This document shows, in pieces, positions 9,139-18,526 of a stretch of DNA of 51,477 nt. The notes below the pieces were generated by a model that saw only the letters and a list, made by a program, of their open reading frames with translations, was not told where the DNA came from and made no database searches. The stretch spans positions 1-51,477 of the forward strand of contig JAPLVH010000014.1 in assembly GCA_026397205.1 (NCBI GenBank), read 5' to 3'. Numbering within the stretch: position 1 is the stretch's first letter; every line of letters begins with the position of its first letter. Made by a program: the position numbers and the translations under genes. The stretch comes from Candidatus Berkelbacteria bacterium. GTDB taxonomy: Bacteria > Patescibacteriota > UBA1384 > XYA2-FULL-43-10 > CAINNR01.

Positions 9139-11355
9139 TTACTCAAAATTGTCGTTGTCAATTCCGGTGGGATTCTGACCGGCTGATGACAAAATGTCTC
9201 TCGGTTTGGCGCCGTTGGCCGGACCGATAACGCCCTCCTGTTCCATCATATCAAGTAGTCGTGCCGCTCGGGCGTAGCCGACCCGCAGTCGCCGCTGGAG
9301 AAGTGACGCCGACGCCTGACCGGAATTCATTACAACTTGGACCGCTTCATCATACAAATCGTCATCAATTGCCTCTGTCCCATGACCGCTAACCGACTTA
9401 GCCGGCCGAAAAGTCAGGATCGAATCATCATATTCGGCTTCGCCCTGTTTTTTGATAAACGCGACCAACTCGTTAATCTCTTTGTCGGAGATAAAACAGC
9501 CCTGAACTCGCCGCGGTTTTGACAAACCGTTGCCGAGAAAAAGCATATCGCCGTTGCCCAAAAGTTTCTCGGCGCCGGACATATCCAAAATCGTCCGCGA
9601 GTCAACCTGGCTGGCGGTGGCAAAAGCAATTCTTGAGGTGATGTTGGCTTTAATTAAGCCGGTAAGAACATCAACACTCGGCCGCTGAGTGGCGACAATC
9701 AGGTGAAGACCGGTCGCCCGGGCCATTTGGGCGATTCGGACAATCGAGGCCTCAACTTCGTTGGCGGAGACCGCCATCAGATCGGCTAGTTCGTCAATAA
9801 TGATGACGATGTACGGCAGTTTTCCCTCCGGACCGGGCGCCGAATTGTAGGCAACAATATTTCGGCTACCCTGTTCGGCAAACATTTTATACCGCCGCTC
9901 CATTTCGTAAACCGCCCACTTTAAGGCCGAGACCGTTTTGTCAACCTCGGTGACGACCGGCGACAGAAGATGGGCGATACCGTTGTAATTGGTCAGCTCG
10001 ACCCGTTTCGGGTCAATCAAAATTAATTTCAACTCCTCCGGCGCATTGTGAAAAAGTAGTGTTGTGATGATTGAATTGATGCAGATTGATTTGCCGGAGC
10101 CAGTGGCGCCAGCGACCATCATATGCGGCATCTGCTCGAGATCTATCGCTACCGGCATGCCGGCGACATCACGACCGAGTGCTAGTGCCAATTTGCTCTT
10201 GACCGCCGCGAATTGGGGCGAGGAAACAACTTCCTTTAATGTCACTTTTGCCGGCACGACATTTGGAACCTCAATACCGACAGCGGATTTGCCGGGAATC
10301 GGCGCCTCAACGCGCAAACTTTTCGCCGCCAGCGCCAAGGCGATGTCATTTGACCGGGCGGTGATTTGATTTAATTTAACGCCCTCGTTCGGCCGAAGTG
10401 TATATTGCGTCACCGTCGGACCGACATTAACATCCTGCATTTTGACCTCAATGCCGAAATTTAAGAAGCACTTTTTGATCGTCTCGACATTTTTCGGAAT
10501 GTCACCGGACTTGGCGACATCATCGGACGATTGTAAAAGTTCGTAAGCCGGAAACTGCCAAATTCGGCCAGTCGGCGTTTTTGTCTGTGGTCGCGGGGCA
10601 GTTTCGATCACTTGAGCTTTAGGAATTTCCTCAATTTTCGGCCGACTGAAGGCGGACAATTTTTTTCTTAGGTTGGCAAAAAAACCGCCACGCGGCTGCT
10701 CCAACTCTTCGTCCTCCGCTCCGTGGCGATGAACTTTGACGCCGGCATCCAAATCTTTTTCTTTTTCTTTTTCGCTGGTGGGCGCTTCACGACCGAGAAT
10801 TTTGGAAATTGATAAATTAAAAGTAATCATAATCGAGACAATGACCGCCGCCAAAATTATCACGAACGACGGAAAAACACCAAGGGATTTGCGAAGCGGC
10901 GTCGAAACCAATAGGCCGATTACTCCGCCACCCTGACCGTTGGCAGCAACTGATTTTGCGCTTTCAATCGGAATAAAAAGATGCAAAAGTGCCGGCAAAA
11001 AGAGGAAAAAGATTGCCAGGCCAAAAAATTTCGCTAACTTTACGCCGCCTTTCGGCGGAAAGAGGATAATCGCACCGAGCCAGAAAAGAATAATCGGGAA
11101 AAGATAGCCGACGATAAAACCGAACATTTTGTAGTTCAAAATTTTCAGCGCCTCACCCATTCGGCCGGCCGAACCGAAAATGCCGAGAAAAATGATGACG
11201 GCAATAATCATCAAAACAACGGCAAAAATTTCCCGCCAAACTTCCGGCCCGAGCCCCAAAGTGATGTCAAAAACAAAATCCCCCCAGTCGTTTTCCCGCT
11301 GGTACCACTTCGGCCTTTTTTGCTTATGTTTTGGATACTTGCGTCGTCGACCCAC
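9139..11355 (-). CDS. ftsK: DNA translocase FtsK/SpoIIIE
   Basis: N-terminal TMs, AGATGSGKS, IIIDELADL, ATQRPSVD, gamma domain LQRRLRVGYARAARL; GTG start after GGAGGA. Confidence 0.97.
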   Translation of the reverse strand: MGRRRKYPKHKQKRPKWYQRENDWGDFVFDITLGLGPEVWREIFAVVLMIIAVIIFLGIFGSAGRMGEALKILNYKMFGFIVGYLFPIILFWLGAIILFPPKGGVKLAKFFGLAIFFLFLPALLHLFIPIESAKSVAANGQGGGVIGLLVSTPLRKSLGVFPSFVIILAAVIVSIMITFNLSISKILGREAPTSEKEKEKDLDAGVKVHRHGAEDEELEQPRGGFFANLRKKLSAFSRPKIEEIPKAQVIETAPRPQTKTPTGRIWQFPAYELLQSSDDVAKSGDIPKNVETIKKCFLNFGIEVKMQDVNVGPTVTQYTLRPNEGVKLNQITARSNDIALALAAKSLRVEAPIPGKSAVGIEVPNVVPAKVTLKEVVSSPQFAAVKSKLALALGRDVAGMPVAIDLEQMPHMMVAGATGSGKSICINSIITTLLFHNAPEELKLILIDPKRVELTNYNGIAHLLSPVVTEVDKTVSALKWAVYEMERRYKMFAEQGSRNIVAYNSAPGPEGKLPYIVIIIDELADLMAVSANEVEASIVRIAQMARATGLHLIVATQRPSVDVLTGLIKANITSRIAFATASQVDSRTILDMSGAEKLLGNGDMLFLGNGLSKPRRVQGCFISDKEINELVAFIKKQGEAEYDDSILTFRPAKSVSGHGTEAIDDDLYDEAVQVVMNSGQASASLLQRRLRVGYARAARLLDMMEQEGVIGPANGAKPRDILSSAGQNPTGIDNDNFE

Positions 11356-11389
11356 AGGCTCCTCCAAAATTGAAATTCTAACACGGATT

Positions 11390-11460
11390 TCATCACACAG
11401 ATAGGCACGGATTGGAAGGAATTAATCCGTGTAAATCCGTGTAGTAGATCCGTGTTCGAA
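11390..11460. repeat. CACGGAT/ATCCGTG inverted-arm repeat; relatives at ~34187-34223 and ~50180-50260
   Basis: Three cac(g/a)gat units facing three atccgtg units; atccgtgttcgaa is shared with the 34210 copy. Confidence 0.7.
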
Positions 11461-11567
11461 CTTCCTTTTATTCTTCCTACTATATAGTATATCACTTCCC
11501 TGATTGTTGACAAATTATTCCAGCTTTGATATTCTGAAAATGCGGTTATCAACGGAGGTGACCAGTG

Positions 11568-11753
11568 ATGTGGATTGATTCGGCAGAATTACCATTTTTT
11601 TCTACAGAAGAAGCTCTCGTCGAACATTTGATCGCTAATCATCCAGTCGAAAATGCCAATGTAATTATTCAAGCGTGTATCGAATATGGAATGTTTGAAC
11701 ATTCAGCCGAAGAATGGCTAGAAATCGTTTACAAAATTCAAACAGAATTCTAA
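11568..11753 (+). CDS. 61-aa acidic orphan (cassette)
   Basis: TTGACA-17-(TGA)TATTCT, GGAGGTGA SD, terminator at 11761-11786. Confidence 0.75.
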   Translation: MWIDSAELPFFSTEEALVEHLIANHPVENANVIIQACIEYGMFEHSAEEWLEIVYKIQTEF

Positions 11754-11866
11754 CCCACCAGCGACCACATCGGCCGCTTTTTTTATCAGCTAATGCTTTC
11801 AGCGAAAACCAAGAAACGTTCGCTAAAATTAAATAACGCAAAACGATCAACCAAGAGGTGAAGTCG

Positions 11867-12022
11867 ATGAGAGTTTACAATGTCGCAATGGAAATTATCG
11901 GCGACAATCCTGATCATGATGATAGTTTTGTCATCCGAAAATTGCAACAGCAATTTAAAATTTCCGAAAGCGAGCTTGGAAAAATCGTCAAAAAAATCCG
12001 CGATTTAATTCAAGTTCTCTAA
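11867..12022 (+). CDS. 51-aa orphan (cassette; below ORF-track cutoff)
   Basis: GAGGTGA SD, MRVYNVAMEIIGDNPDHDDSFVIRKLQQQFKISESELGKIVKKIRDLIQVL, terminator acaccgcc-agcc-ggcggtgt. Confidence 0.6.
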   Translation: MRVYNVAMEIIGDNPDHDDSFVIRKLQQQFKISESELGKIVKKIRDLIQVL

Positions 12023-12074
12023 CCCTTTACCCAAACACCGCCAGCCGGCGGTGTTTATTTTATCGAGGTTTAGT

Positions 12075-12728
12075 TCATAATTTCTGTTTTCGCAAATACT
12101 CATCAAACAATTTTTGGAAAAAATCGGCAATTTCTTTTTTTGAATATTTTCTGGTCAAAAGTGGTTTTAGGTAATCAAAATTTTCCAAACTTTTTGTCAG
12201 GCGGGAAATTAAAATCGCCGGATCAATTTGCTCCTCAAATTTTTCTTTGACACCGGAAATCAATTTCTCGAATGTAAACTTTTTATCCTGCAAAATAATA
12301 AACAGATCAAAAGCATCTTTAACTTCGCTTCGCTGATAGGCCAACAAAGTTTTAGAAATTGCGATGTCAAGAAGCGATTCGACCTTGAAGCCGGAAACTT
12401 CCATCACTTTTCCGATTTTCGGAAACGGATAATAGACAAATTCAAGTTTTAATTGATCGCTGTCGGATAATTCGAAAACATACTGGAAGCGATTCATTCG
12501 GCTGAAACTTTTTTTGTTTTTCGCACCCAGAGATTTTTTAATCTGGTTTGACAAAGTTGTCAAAACATCAACCGGTGGCAAATCAAACAAAATGATGTCG
12601 ATGTCCTCCGACTTCCGGTGATGCAAATAAATTTCTGACAACGCCGTTCCGCCACCCCAAACCGCAATATTTTCAATTGGCGATTTGAAAATTTCTTTAA
12701 GCACCAGTTTTTGCTCTTTTGTTAGCAT
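12075..12728 (-). CDS. AbiEii/AbiGii-family nucleotidyltransferase toxin
   Basis: WGGGTALSEIYLHHRKSEDIDI, K...KD.FDL. Confidence 0.9.
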   Translation of the reverse strand: MLTKEQKLVLKEIFKSPIENIAVWGGGTALSEIYLHHRKSEDIDIILFDLPPVDVLTTLSNQIKKSLGAKNKKSFSRMNRFQYVFELSDSDQLKLEFVYYPFPKIGKVMEVSGFKVESLLDIAISKTLLAYQRSEVKDAFDLFIILQDKKFTFEKLISGVKEKFEEQIDPAILISRLTKSLENFDYLKPLLTRKYSKKEIADFFQKLFDEYLRKQKL

Positions 12729-12924
12729 AGAATTTTTTGATCATTGATTTTAATGTCGGATCGATTTCCAAATCGGCAAGATTTTTTTCCAGAATCTTGG
12801 TATTAAGGGATTTGTAATCGCCGAAGTTTATTTTTCGCGCCAAATACCAGCGCAAAACCGCCGGATTTTTCAAATTCAGATTTTTTGTTTCATAGTCCCA
12901 GATAAATTTTTTGTCAACTTTCAT
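12697..12924 (-). CDS. Small partner (putative antitoxin) of the AbiEii toxin
   Basis: FIWDY...WYLARKINFGD; overlaps the toxin start. Confidence 0.7.
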   Translation of the reverse strand: MKVDKKFIWDYETKNLNLKNPAVLRWYLARKINFGDYKSLNTKILEKNLADLEIDPTLKSMIKKFYANKRAKTGA

Positions 12925-13032
12925 ACTCAAATTATAGCAGAAATCCATGGAAAATGATACGCCCCGTTAACAAATACTTCCGGCTTTGGTATTCTCTAAA
13001 TGCAGTTATCGCGCTTGAGAGGTGAAGAAGAA

Positions 13033-13698
13033 ATGCTCGGATATGAACACTTCTATACGTACAGTGAACGCTGGAAACCTCTTTTTGAAGAATTTCCAGA
13101 ACTCAATCTCGAACAAGGAGTTTGCTGGTTTGCTTGCCTTTCAATGCTGTTAAATTCCGTGTCGACAAAACCGACGCAAGATTTGTACGACGCAGCCAAA
13201 CTCCTCGCCGCAAAAGTATTTCCCGAAGGGCTAGAAAATCTGCTCAATCTGCATAAAACAATGATGTTAATACGGCCGACAGCAAATGAACAGACACAAA
13301 TTGTCGTCGATTATCTATGCCAGTTCCACACCGGGATTAAAGCCGTTCTTTACATGATGCCCTTGATGAAAATCGATTGCTGGTGTTTCAGGAAAGATCA
13401 AAACCAATCGGATTTATTAGATTTTATGCTAGACCAATGTTCTGGCCGCTACAATTTGTTGCTAACATTCCAAGTCAACAGCGATGATGACACTTGCGCT
13501 AGCGGCGGCCATGTCATCTATTTTGATTCAAGCAACGCTCAAGGTCAGCAAATTACGTTGTCTGACCCCAATTATTCTGATCCGCTGTTATTCGACAGAC
13601 AAAGATTCACTAAGTGGCTAAATGAGGAAAACCCATACACAAGAGGTAGGAGAATAAAATTTGGCGGTTATGTTTACGGCTTCAAAATCGATAAATAG
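13033..13698 (+). CDS. Putative papain-fold (C39-like) cysteine peptidase (cassette)
   Basis: QGVCWFACLSML (Cys), GGHVIYF (His), LSDPN (Asp) in canonical order; own promoter, SD and terminator. Confidence 0.65.
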   Translation: MLGYEHFYTYSERWKPLFEEFPELNLEQGVCWFACLSMLLNSVSTKPTQDLYDAAKLLAAKVFPEGLENLLNLHKTMMLIRPTANEQTQIVVDYLCQFHTGIKAVLYMMPLMKIDCWCFRKDQNQSDLLDFMLDQCSGRYNLLLTFQVNSDDDTCASGGHVIYFDSSNAQGQQITLSDPNYSDPLLFDRQRFTKWLNEENPYTRGRRIKFGGYVYGFKIDK

Positions 13699-13818
13699 TT
13701 CACGCTGCGGCCACATCGGCCACTTTTTTTATAGCGACACTGATAAATCAAGATTGCCACGTTCCTCGCAATGACAGCCAGAACACAAAACCGCCCAATT
13801 TCTTGGTGCGGTTTTTTG

Positions 13819-13907
13819 GTGTCATACTGAATCCGTTCGACAATCTCAAGACAGGTTTTTCAGGATCTTATAAACTTCTGGGATTCCGAAATAAATTCGG
13901 AATGACA
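13819..13907. repeat. GTCAT...ATGAC palindromic element; relative at 47625-47694
   Basis: gtcatactgaa...ttcaggatct...ggattccgaa..ttcggaatgac; gtcatccccg...cggggatgac. Confidence 0.65.
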
Positions 13908-14056
13908 ACCGTGTTTTGCTTACGGCTTACTGGCTTACAAGCTTATGACTATTTTACACCTCAATCACCACCGGAATCACCCCACCGTCGCTCAAATTCG
14001 TTTCGAGGACTACGACCTCGCAAACGAATGTTCGCTTTGGCGGGCAGGCATCGGCC

Positions 14057-15859
14057 TTAAACTTCTATGACAACTGGTATGACCATGGGGCGACGCTCCG
14101 TCTCTTTGTAGAGAAAATCGCCGAGCTCTTCGCGGATTTTGGTTTTGATTAGCGCCCAATCGCCGCGAGCTTTTTTGTCTGTTGAGTGCTGGGCAAAAAG
14201 TCGCTTGATCTCCGCTCTGGCTTTGTGGACCAAATTTTCATTTTCCCGCATATAAATGAAACCGCGAGAAATGATGTCCGGTGATGTTACAACTTGTCCG
14301 GTTTGATGATTAACAGTGACGATGATGACAAAAATTCCGTCAGCCGCCATCGCTTTGCGGTCGCGAAGAACAATATTGCCGACATCGCCAACACCAAGCC
14401 CGTCAACCATAACATAACTCGCCGGCACCCGCTTGTTGGTGACCGAACCTTTTCCGCCGACAAACTCAATAATTTGGCCGTTGTCGGAAACCAAAATGTT
14501 TTCTTCCGGAATTCCGACATCAGCGGCAATTTGGGCGTGAATCATTAATTTGTGCCGCTCGCCGTGAATCGGAATAAAAAATTCCGGTTTGATCAAACCG
14601 ATCATCAACTTCAAGTCCTCCTGATAGGCGTGACCGGAAGTATGAACATCAAACAATTTTTGGTAGATGACGCGGGCGCCTTCGCGAAAAAGATTGTCCA
14701 TAACTTCAGAAACCGAGCGCTCGTTACCGGGAATTGGTGACGATGAAAGGATGACCGTGTCACCTTTTTTAATTTTAATTTGTCGATGCTCACCGGCGGC
14801 AATTCGAGTTAGCGCCGACCGCTCCTCACCCTGCGAACCGGTACAAACGATTGTCACCCGCTCGTTCGGGTATTTGTCAATGTCGGCAACATCAATCATT
14901 GTGTCGGGCGGAATGATCAAAGCTTTCAAATTTGCCGCGACCTCGACATTGGCGATCATCGAACGACCGGAAAATGCCACTTTGCGATTCATTTTTTTTG
15001 AAACATTGATAATTTGTTGGATACGAGAAATCAGCGAAGCAAAAGTCGCCATAATGACGCGACCTTTGGCATTTTCAACCAATTTGAAAAGTGAATCCTC
15101 AACCTCCTTTTCGGAGATTGTGTGACCGGGTTTTTCGGCGTTTGTTGAATCGGAGAAGAGCGCTTTGACCCCCTGGCCGCCAAGTTCGGCCAATTTTGAG
15201 AAGTCGGTCGGTTTGCCGTCGGCCGGCGTATGATCAAATTTCCAGTCGGTGGCGTAAACCAAAATTCCCTCCGGCGTCGTGATCGAAAGTCCGAAACTAT
15301 CCGGAACATTGTGGTTTAGGCGAAAAGTTTCGATTTTGAAAACGCCGAGCTGAAGAATCTCCTCGCCGGGAATTATCGTCGAAATTTTGACTCGATTTTC
15401 CATCCCAAACTCCTCGAGCCGTTTTTTAATCAGCCCAACGGTCATCGGCGCCGAGTAAATTTGCGGGCTGCCGATTTTGTCGTAAAGATAAGGAATCGCG
15501 CCGGTGTGGTCCAAATGTCCGTGAGTGATGATGACGCCGCGGATTTTCTCCTTGTTTTCCGCCAAATAGCTGACATCAGGAATGACATAATCAATTCCCG
15601 GCATATCTTCGTTCGGAAACATAAAACCCATGTCAATGACGATAATGTCATTGCCATATTCAATTATTGACATATTTTTGCCAACCTCTTCCAGTCCGCC
15701 AAGGGGAATGAAACGAAGTGAAGGTTTGCGAAATGCATTTCCGGCCGCGTCTTTCGCCTGTTGGCGATTAATCGCACCGGCATTCGGCGTTAAATTGCCG
15801 AAAGTTTTTGACAGGTCGGTCTTTTGCGGACTTCGCTGTCGTGTGTGTTGTGGAGTCAT
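14057..15859 (-). CDS. rnj: Ribonuclease J
   Basis: PLGGLEEVGKNM, THGHLDHTGA, DSTNA, HTSGHA, PIHGE, RRPMVIPV. Confidence 0.98.
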   Translation of the reverse strand: MTPQHTRQRSPQKTDLSKTFGNLTPNAGAINRQQAKDAAGNAFRKPSLRFIPLGGLEEVGKNMSIIEYGNDIIVIDMGFMFPNEDMPGIDYVIPDVSYLAENKEKIRGVIITHGHLDHTGAIPYLYDKIGSPQIYSAPMTVGLIKKRLEEFGMENRVKISTIIPGEEILQLGVFKIETFRLNHNVPDSFGLSITTPEGILVYATDWKFDHTPADGKPTDFSKLAELGGQGVKALFSDSTNAEKPGHTISEKEVEDSLFKLVENAKGRVIMATFASLISRIQQIINVSKKMNRKVAFSGRSMIANVEVAANLKALIIPPDTMIDVADIDKYPNERVTIVCTGSQGEERSALTRIAAGEHRQIKIKKGDTVILSSSPIPGNERSVSEVMDNLFREGARVIYQKLFDVHTSGHAYQEDLKLMIGLIKPEFFIPIHGERHKLMIHAQIAADVGIPEENILVSDNGQIIEFVGGKGSVTNKRVPASYVMVDGLGVGDVGNIVLRDRKAMAADGIFVIIVTVNHQTGQVVTSPDIISRGFIYMRENENLVHKARAEIKRLFAQHSTDKKARGDWALIKTKIREELGDFLYKETERRPMVIPVVIEV

Positions 15860-16017
15860 AAGACAAAATCTCCTTTTTGGTTAGAGAACTAATTGAATAA
15901 AATCTCAAGTTCCAAGAAACAAATTCCAAACAATATTCAAATTCAAAATTTCAAATATTTGAGTTTTTGAGATTTCTAATTTGTTTGTGATTTGCTTCTT
16001 GCGATTTGTGATTTATT

Positions 16018-16638
16018 TCAAAACAGTTTTTCCTGTTTCACATTTTCCTTCTCGATTTTTGCCAGTTCAGTTTTGACTTTTTCCACCGCCGCCGGCAGTT
16101 TGCCGAAATCAATCTCCAAAGTTTGGCGCAGTGAGCCGTTGTGAAGCGCCGCCGCCGGATGATAAAGCGGAAAGAAATAGCGACCGTTCGGGCGACGATA
16201 TAACTTCGCCCGCAATTTTGTAATCCCGCCAAGTCCGGGCAAAAATGTTTCAGTTGAATGTTTGCCGAGTGTGACGATGATTTTCGGATTAATGACTTCG
16301 ATCTGCTCCAAAAGAAAATGGCGGCATAAATCCTTTTCCGACTCTTCCGGATCGCGATTTTCCGGCGGCCGGCATTTCAAAGTGTTGGCAATAAAAACTT
16401 TCTGGCGATCTAGACCAATCGTTTTTAAAAGCTCATCAAGAAATTTTCCAGCCGCGCCACAAAACGGAATTCCCTTTTGATCCTCATTAAAACCGGGCGC
16501 CTCACCGACAAAAAAGATTTCTGCCTCGGCATCGCCAGTTCCTGGAACGGTTTTGGTTCTCGTCTCCGAAAGTGAACACTTTTTACATTCGGAAATCTCC
16601 TCGGCAATTTCAATAAGTTTTTGGCCTTTTTCGTCCAT
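16018..16638 (-). CDS. Uracil-DNA glycosylase family 4
   Basis: CKKC.L, VGEAPG, KCRPP.NR.P, YHPAA. Confidence 0.95.
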   Translation of the reverse strand: MDEKGQKLIEIAEEISECKKCSLSETRTKTVPGTGDAEAEIFFVGEAPGFNEDQKGIPFCGAAGKFLDELLKTIGLDRQKVFIANTLKCRPPENRDPEESEKDLCRHFLLEQIEVINPKIIVTLGKHSTETFLPGLGGITKLRAKLYRRPNGRYFFPLYHPAAALHNGSLRQTLEIDFGKLPAAVEKVKTELAKIEKENVKQEKLF

Positions 16639-16780
16639 CAAAAAATAAATATAGGGCAAAGAAAATGCTTTTTGAAAGAGATCAATTTCGATTGGTTATT
16701 TATAGTTTAGCAAATCCCTTGATTTTTGTCAATAGATGTGGTAAATTTTGTTTGTCGCTATTCCGAGGAGGTGTTGGCAG

Positions 16781-17323
16781 ATGCACAGTCAGCTGAATTT
16801 GGCACTAACAATCTTTGCAATTCTGATTGTTCTACCGATTTGTATCAAAGATGTTGCTCGCTGGCTGAAGATCAGAGAAATCAGAATTGAACTTAAGAGT
16901 GCTTCGGCTGTATATCTGCCGTTCAGGGGCCGGATAGAGAAAAAACCGGAAATCCTGATCGTCGGTTGCCACCCGTCAATCTGGCGGCTGCTCGGCGAAA
17001 TTGGCGGACAAGTTTTGATTGTAATCGGAATTGATGGCACAAAAGTACTTGAATGTTTCCAAATTGATCGCCGGAGTAATAGCATTATTAACCGAGACGA
17101 CACCGTTGTTGCCGACGACAATAATAGCTCGGCAATTATGGTTCCCGACATTCATGGCGCCAGAATCTTCCTGCTGACAAGTCAGCCACCGACAAAGATT
17201 GACTTCATTTATCTGATGATCGGAAAAATCAAATTGCCGGAAATTCGGATTGCAGCCGGAGAACCAACACACATTAGACCTCAAAATTCACAAGTCAAGA
17301 ATCTTGCGGCTGAAATTTCCTAG
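16781..17323 (+). CDS. Orphan protein with N-terminal TM anchor (cassette)
   Basis: TTGATT-17-(TGG)TAAATT, AGGAGGT SD, terminator agcggaca-acct-tgtccgct plus T-run. Confidence 0.75.
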   Translation: MHSQLNLALTIFAILIVLPICIKDVARWLKIREIRIELKSASAVYLPFRGRIEKKPEILIVGCHPSIWRLLGEIGGQVLIVIGIDGTKVLECFQIDRRSNSIINRDDTVVADDNNSSAIMVPDIHGARIFLLTSQPPTKIDFIYLMIGKIKLPEIRIAAGEPTHIRPQNSQVKNLAAEIS

Positions 17324-17495
17324 CCCCAGCGGACAACCTTGTCCGCTTTTTTTGTTGGAAAAATTTCTCAAATTTTGATATTAAACCCAAAAAAACATCA
17401 TTTAATCTCAAATCTGCCTAAGATAATCAATGGCCATTGATTATCTTAGTATTTTCCCCAACAAAAAAAGCTGCCAATTACGACAGCTGATGAAA

Positions 17496-17819
17496 TTATG
17501 CCAGTGATGAAGGTCCGGACAATTTTGGTTTTCGTCGCAAACACTTCGGTCGTGTCAGCCAAAGAAGCCGGAGGTATATTTTCAATGACCAATGGCAATC
17601 GAGAAGTGCAACATCAATGCCATTAACAATATCCCCGTGATTTGTAATTTCGCATCCGGTTTTTTCAACCAGCTTTATCAATTCATAACGATCGGCGGCT
17701 TGAAGCGTGTGAAAAGACCCAAACACAAAATCGCTGTCAATGAGCCGACCACTTTCTAGGATCCAACCAAATCCGAGCCACCAAGTCCTGCCGTCTTTTT
17801 CGCGGCGTAGTCCGAGCAT
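17496..17819 (-). CDS. Orphan protein (cassette)
   Basis: TTGACA-17-(TGA)TAAGTT, GGAGG SD, terminator agctgtc-gtaatt-ggcagct plus T-run. Confidence 0.7.
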   Translation of the reverse strand: MLGLRREKDGRTWWLGFGWILESGRLIDSDFVFGSFHTLQAADRYELIKLVEKTGCEITNHGDIVNGIDVALLDCHWSLKIYLRLLWLTRPKCLRRKPKLSGPSSLA

Positions 17820-17968
17820 CATCCGCCTCCGGTTGTTTGATATTAAGCCGATGTTATCAACTTATCAAATAAAATAATTCCTGTCAACAAAAACCGCCCA
17901 ATTTCATTTGACAAAATAAAATGATAAATATATACTAAATTTAGAATCCACCCACAGGAGGCACGGCA

Positions 17969-18349
17969 ATGGACGAACGCAAGGCCATTGATTTGTTTGG
18001 TGGGAAAGATGCCGTAATGGAAAGAATTACAGATAAATTCTGGGAACAGTTGTAGAATTTTTCGCCGAGAGATATCATCCAGCTTCAGGACATTCACAAC
18101 CCGCCTTTCAATTTGAGAACCTTCGATCCGAGAACAACAAAACTCGATTTTAAGACAGCAAACGGAATGTCCGGTTCGCTCGGATTCAATATTAATGATT
18201 TGATGGGCGAAGCTTTCTTCCCTAATGGTGAAGTCACAGATTATTGGCAAAATGAAATGAAAGAAAAGCCAATGATTTCAACTGGTCCAGAAGTAGATCT
18301 CAAAATGTATGTCTGGTTACGTGCTATTCAAGAACTTCAAACTTCTTAA
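17969..18349 (+). pseudogene. Cassette ORF interrupted by one in-frame TAG (18053-18055)
   Basis: TTGACA-17-TATACT, AGGAGG SD, ATG 17969 in frame with ORF 18113-18349, terminator after 18349. Confidence 0.7.
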
Positions 18350-18526
18350 CCCACCGACAGCAATTCTGTCGGTTTTTTTATGCCAAAAACCGCCCAATTT
18401 CTTGAACGGTTTTCCAAAATAGTTCTCACTTCGTTCGAACAATAACTTCTGACTTTGCTTACGGCTTACGAGCTTATTGGCTCCGACGTTTCAGTCGGAG
18501 TCCCGACATTCAAAAATAGTCGGGAC

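Noticed and set aside
18053..18055. Alternative genetic code (stop reassignment)
   Set aside because: TAG and TGA both end conserved genes at the expected positions (groL TAG, ychF and lepB TGA).
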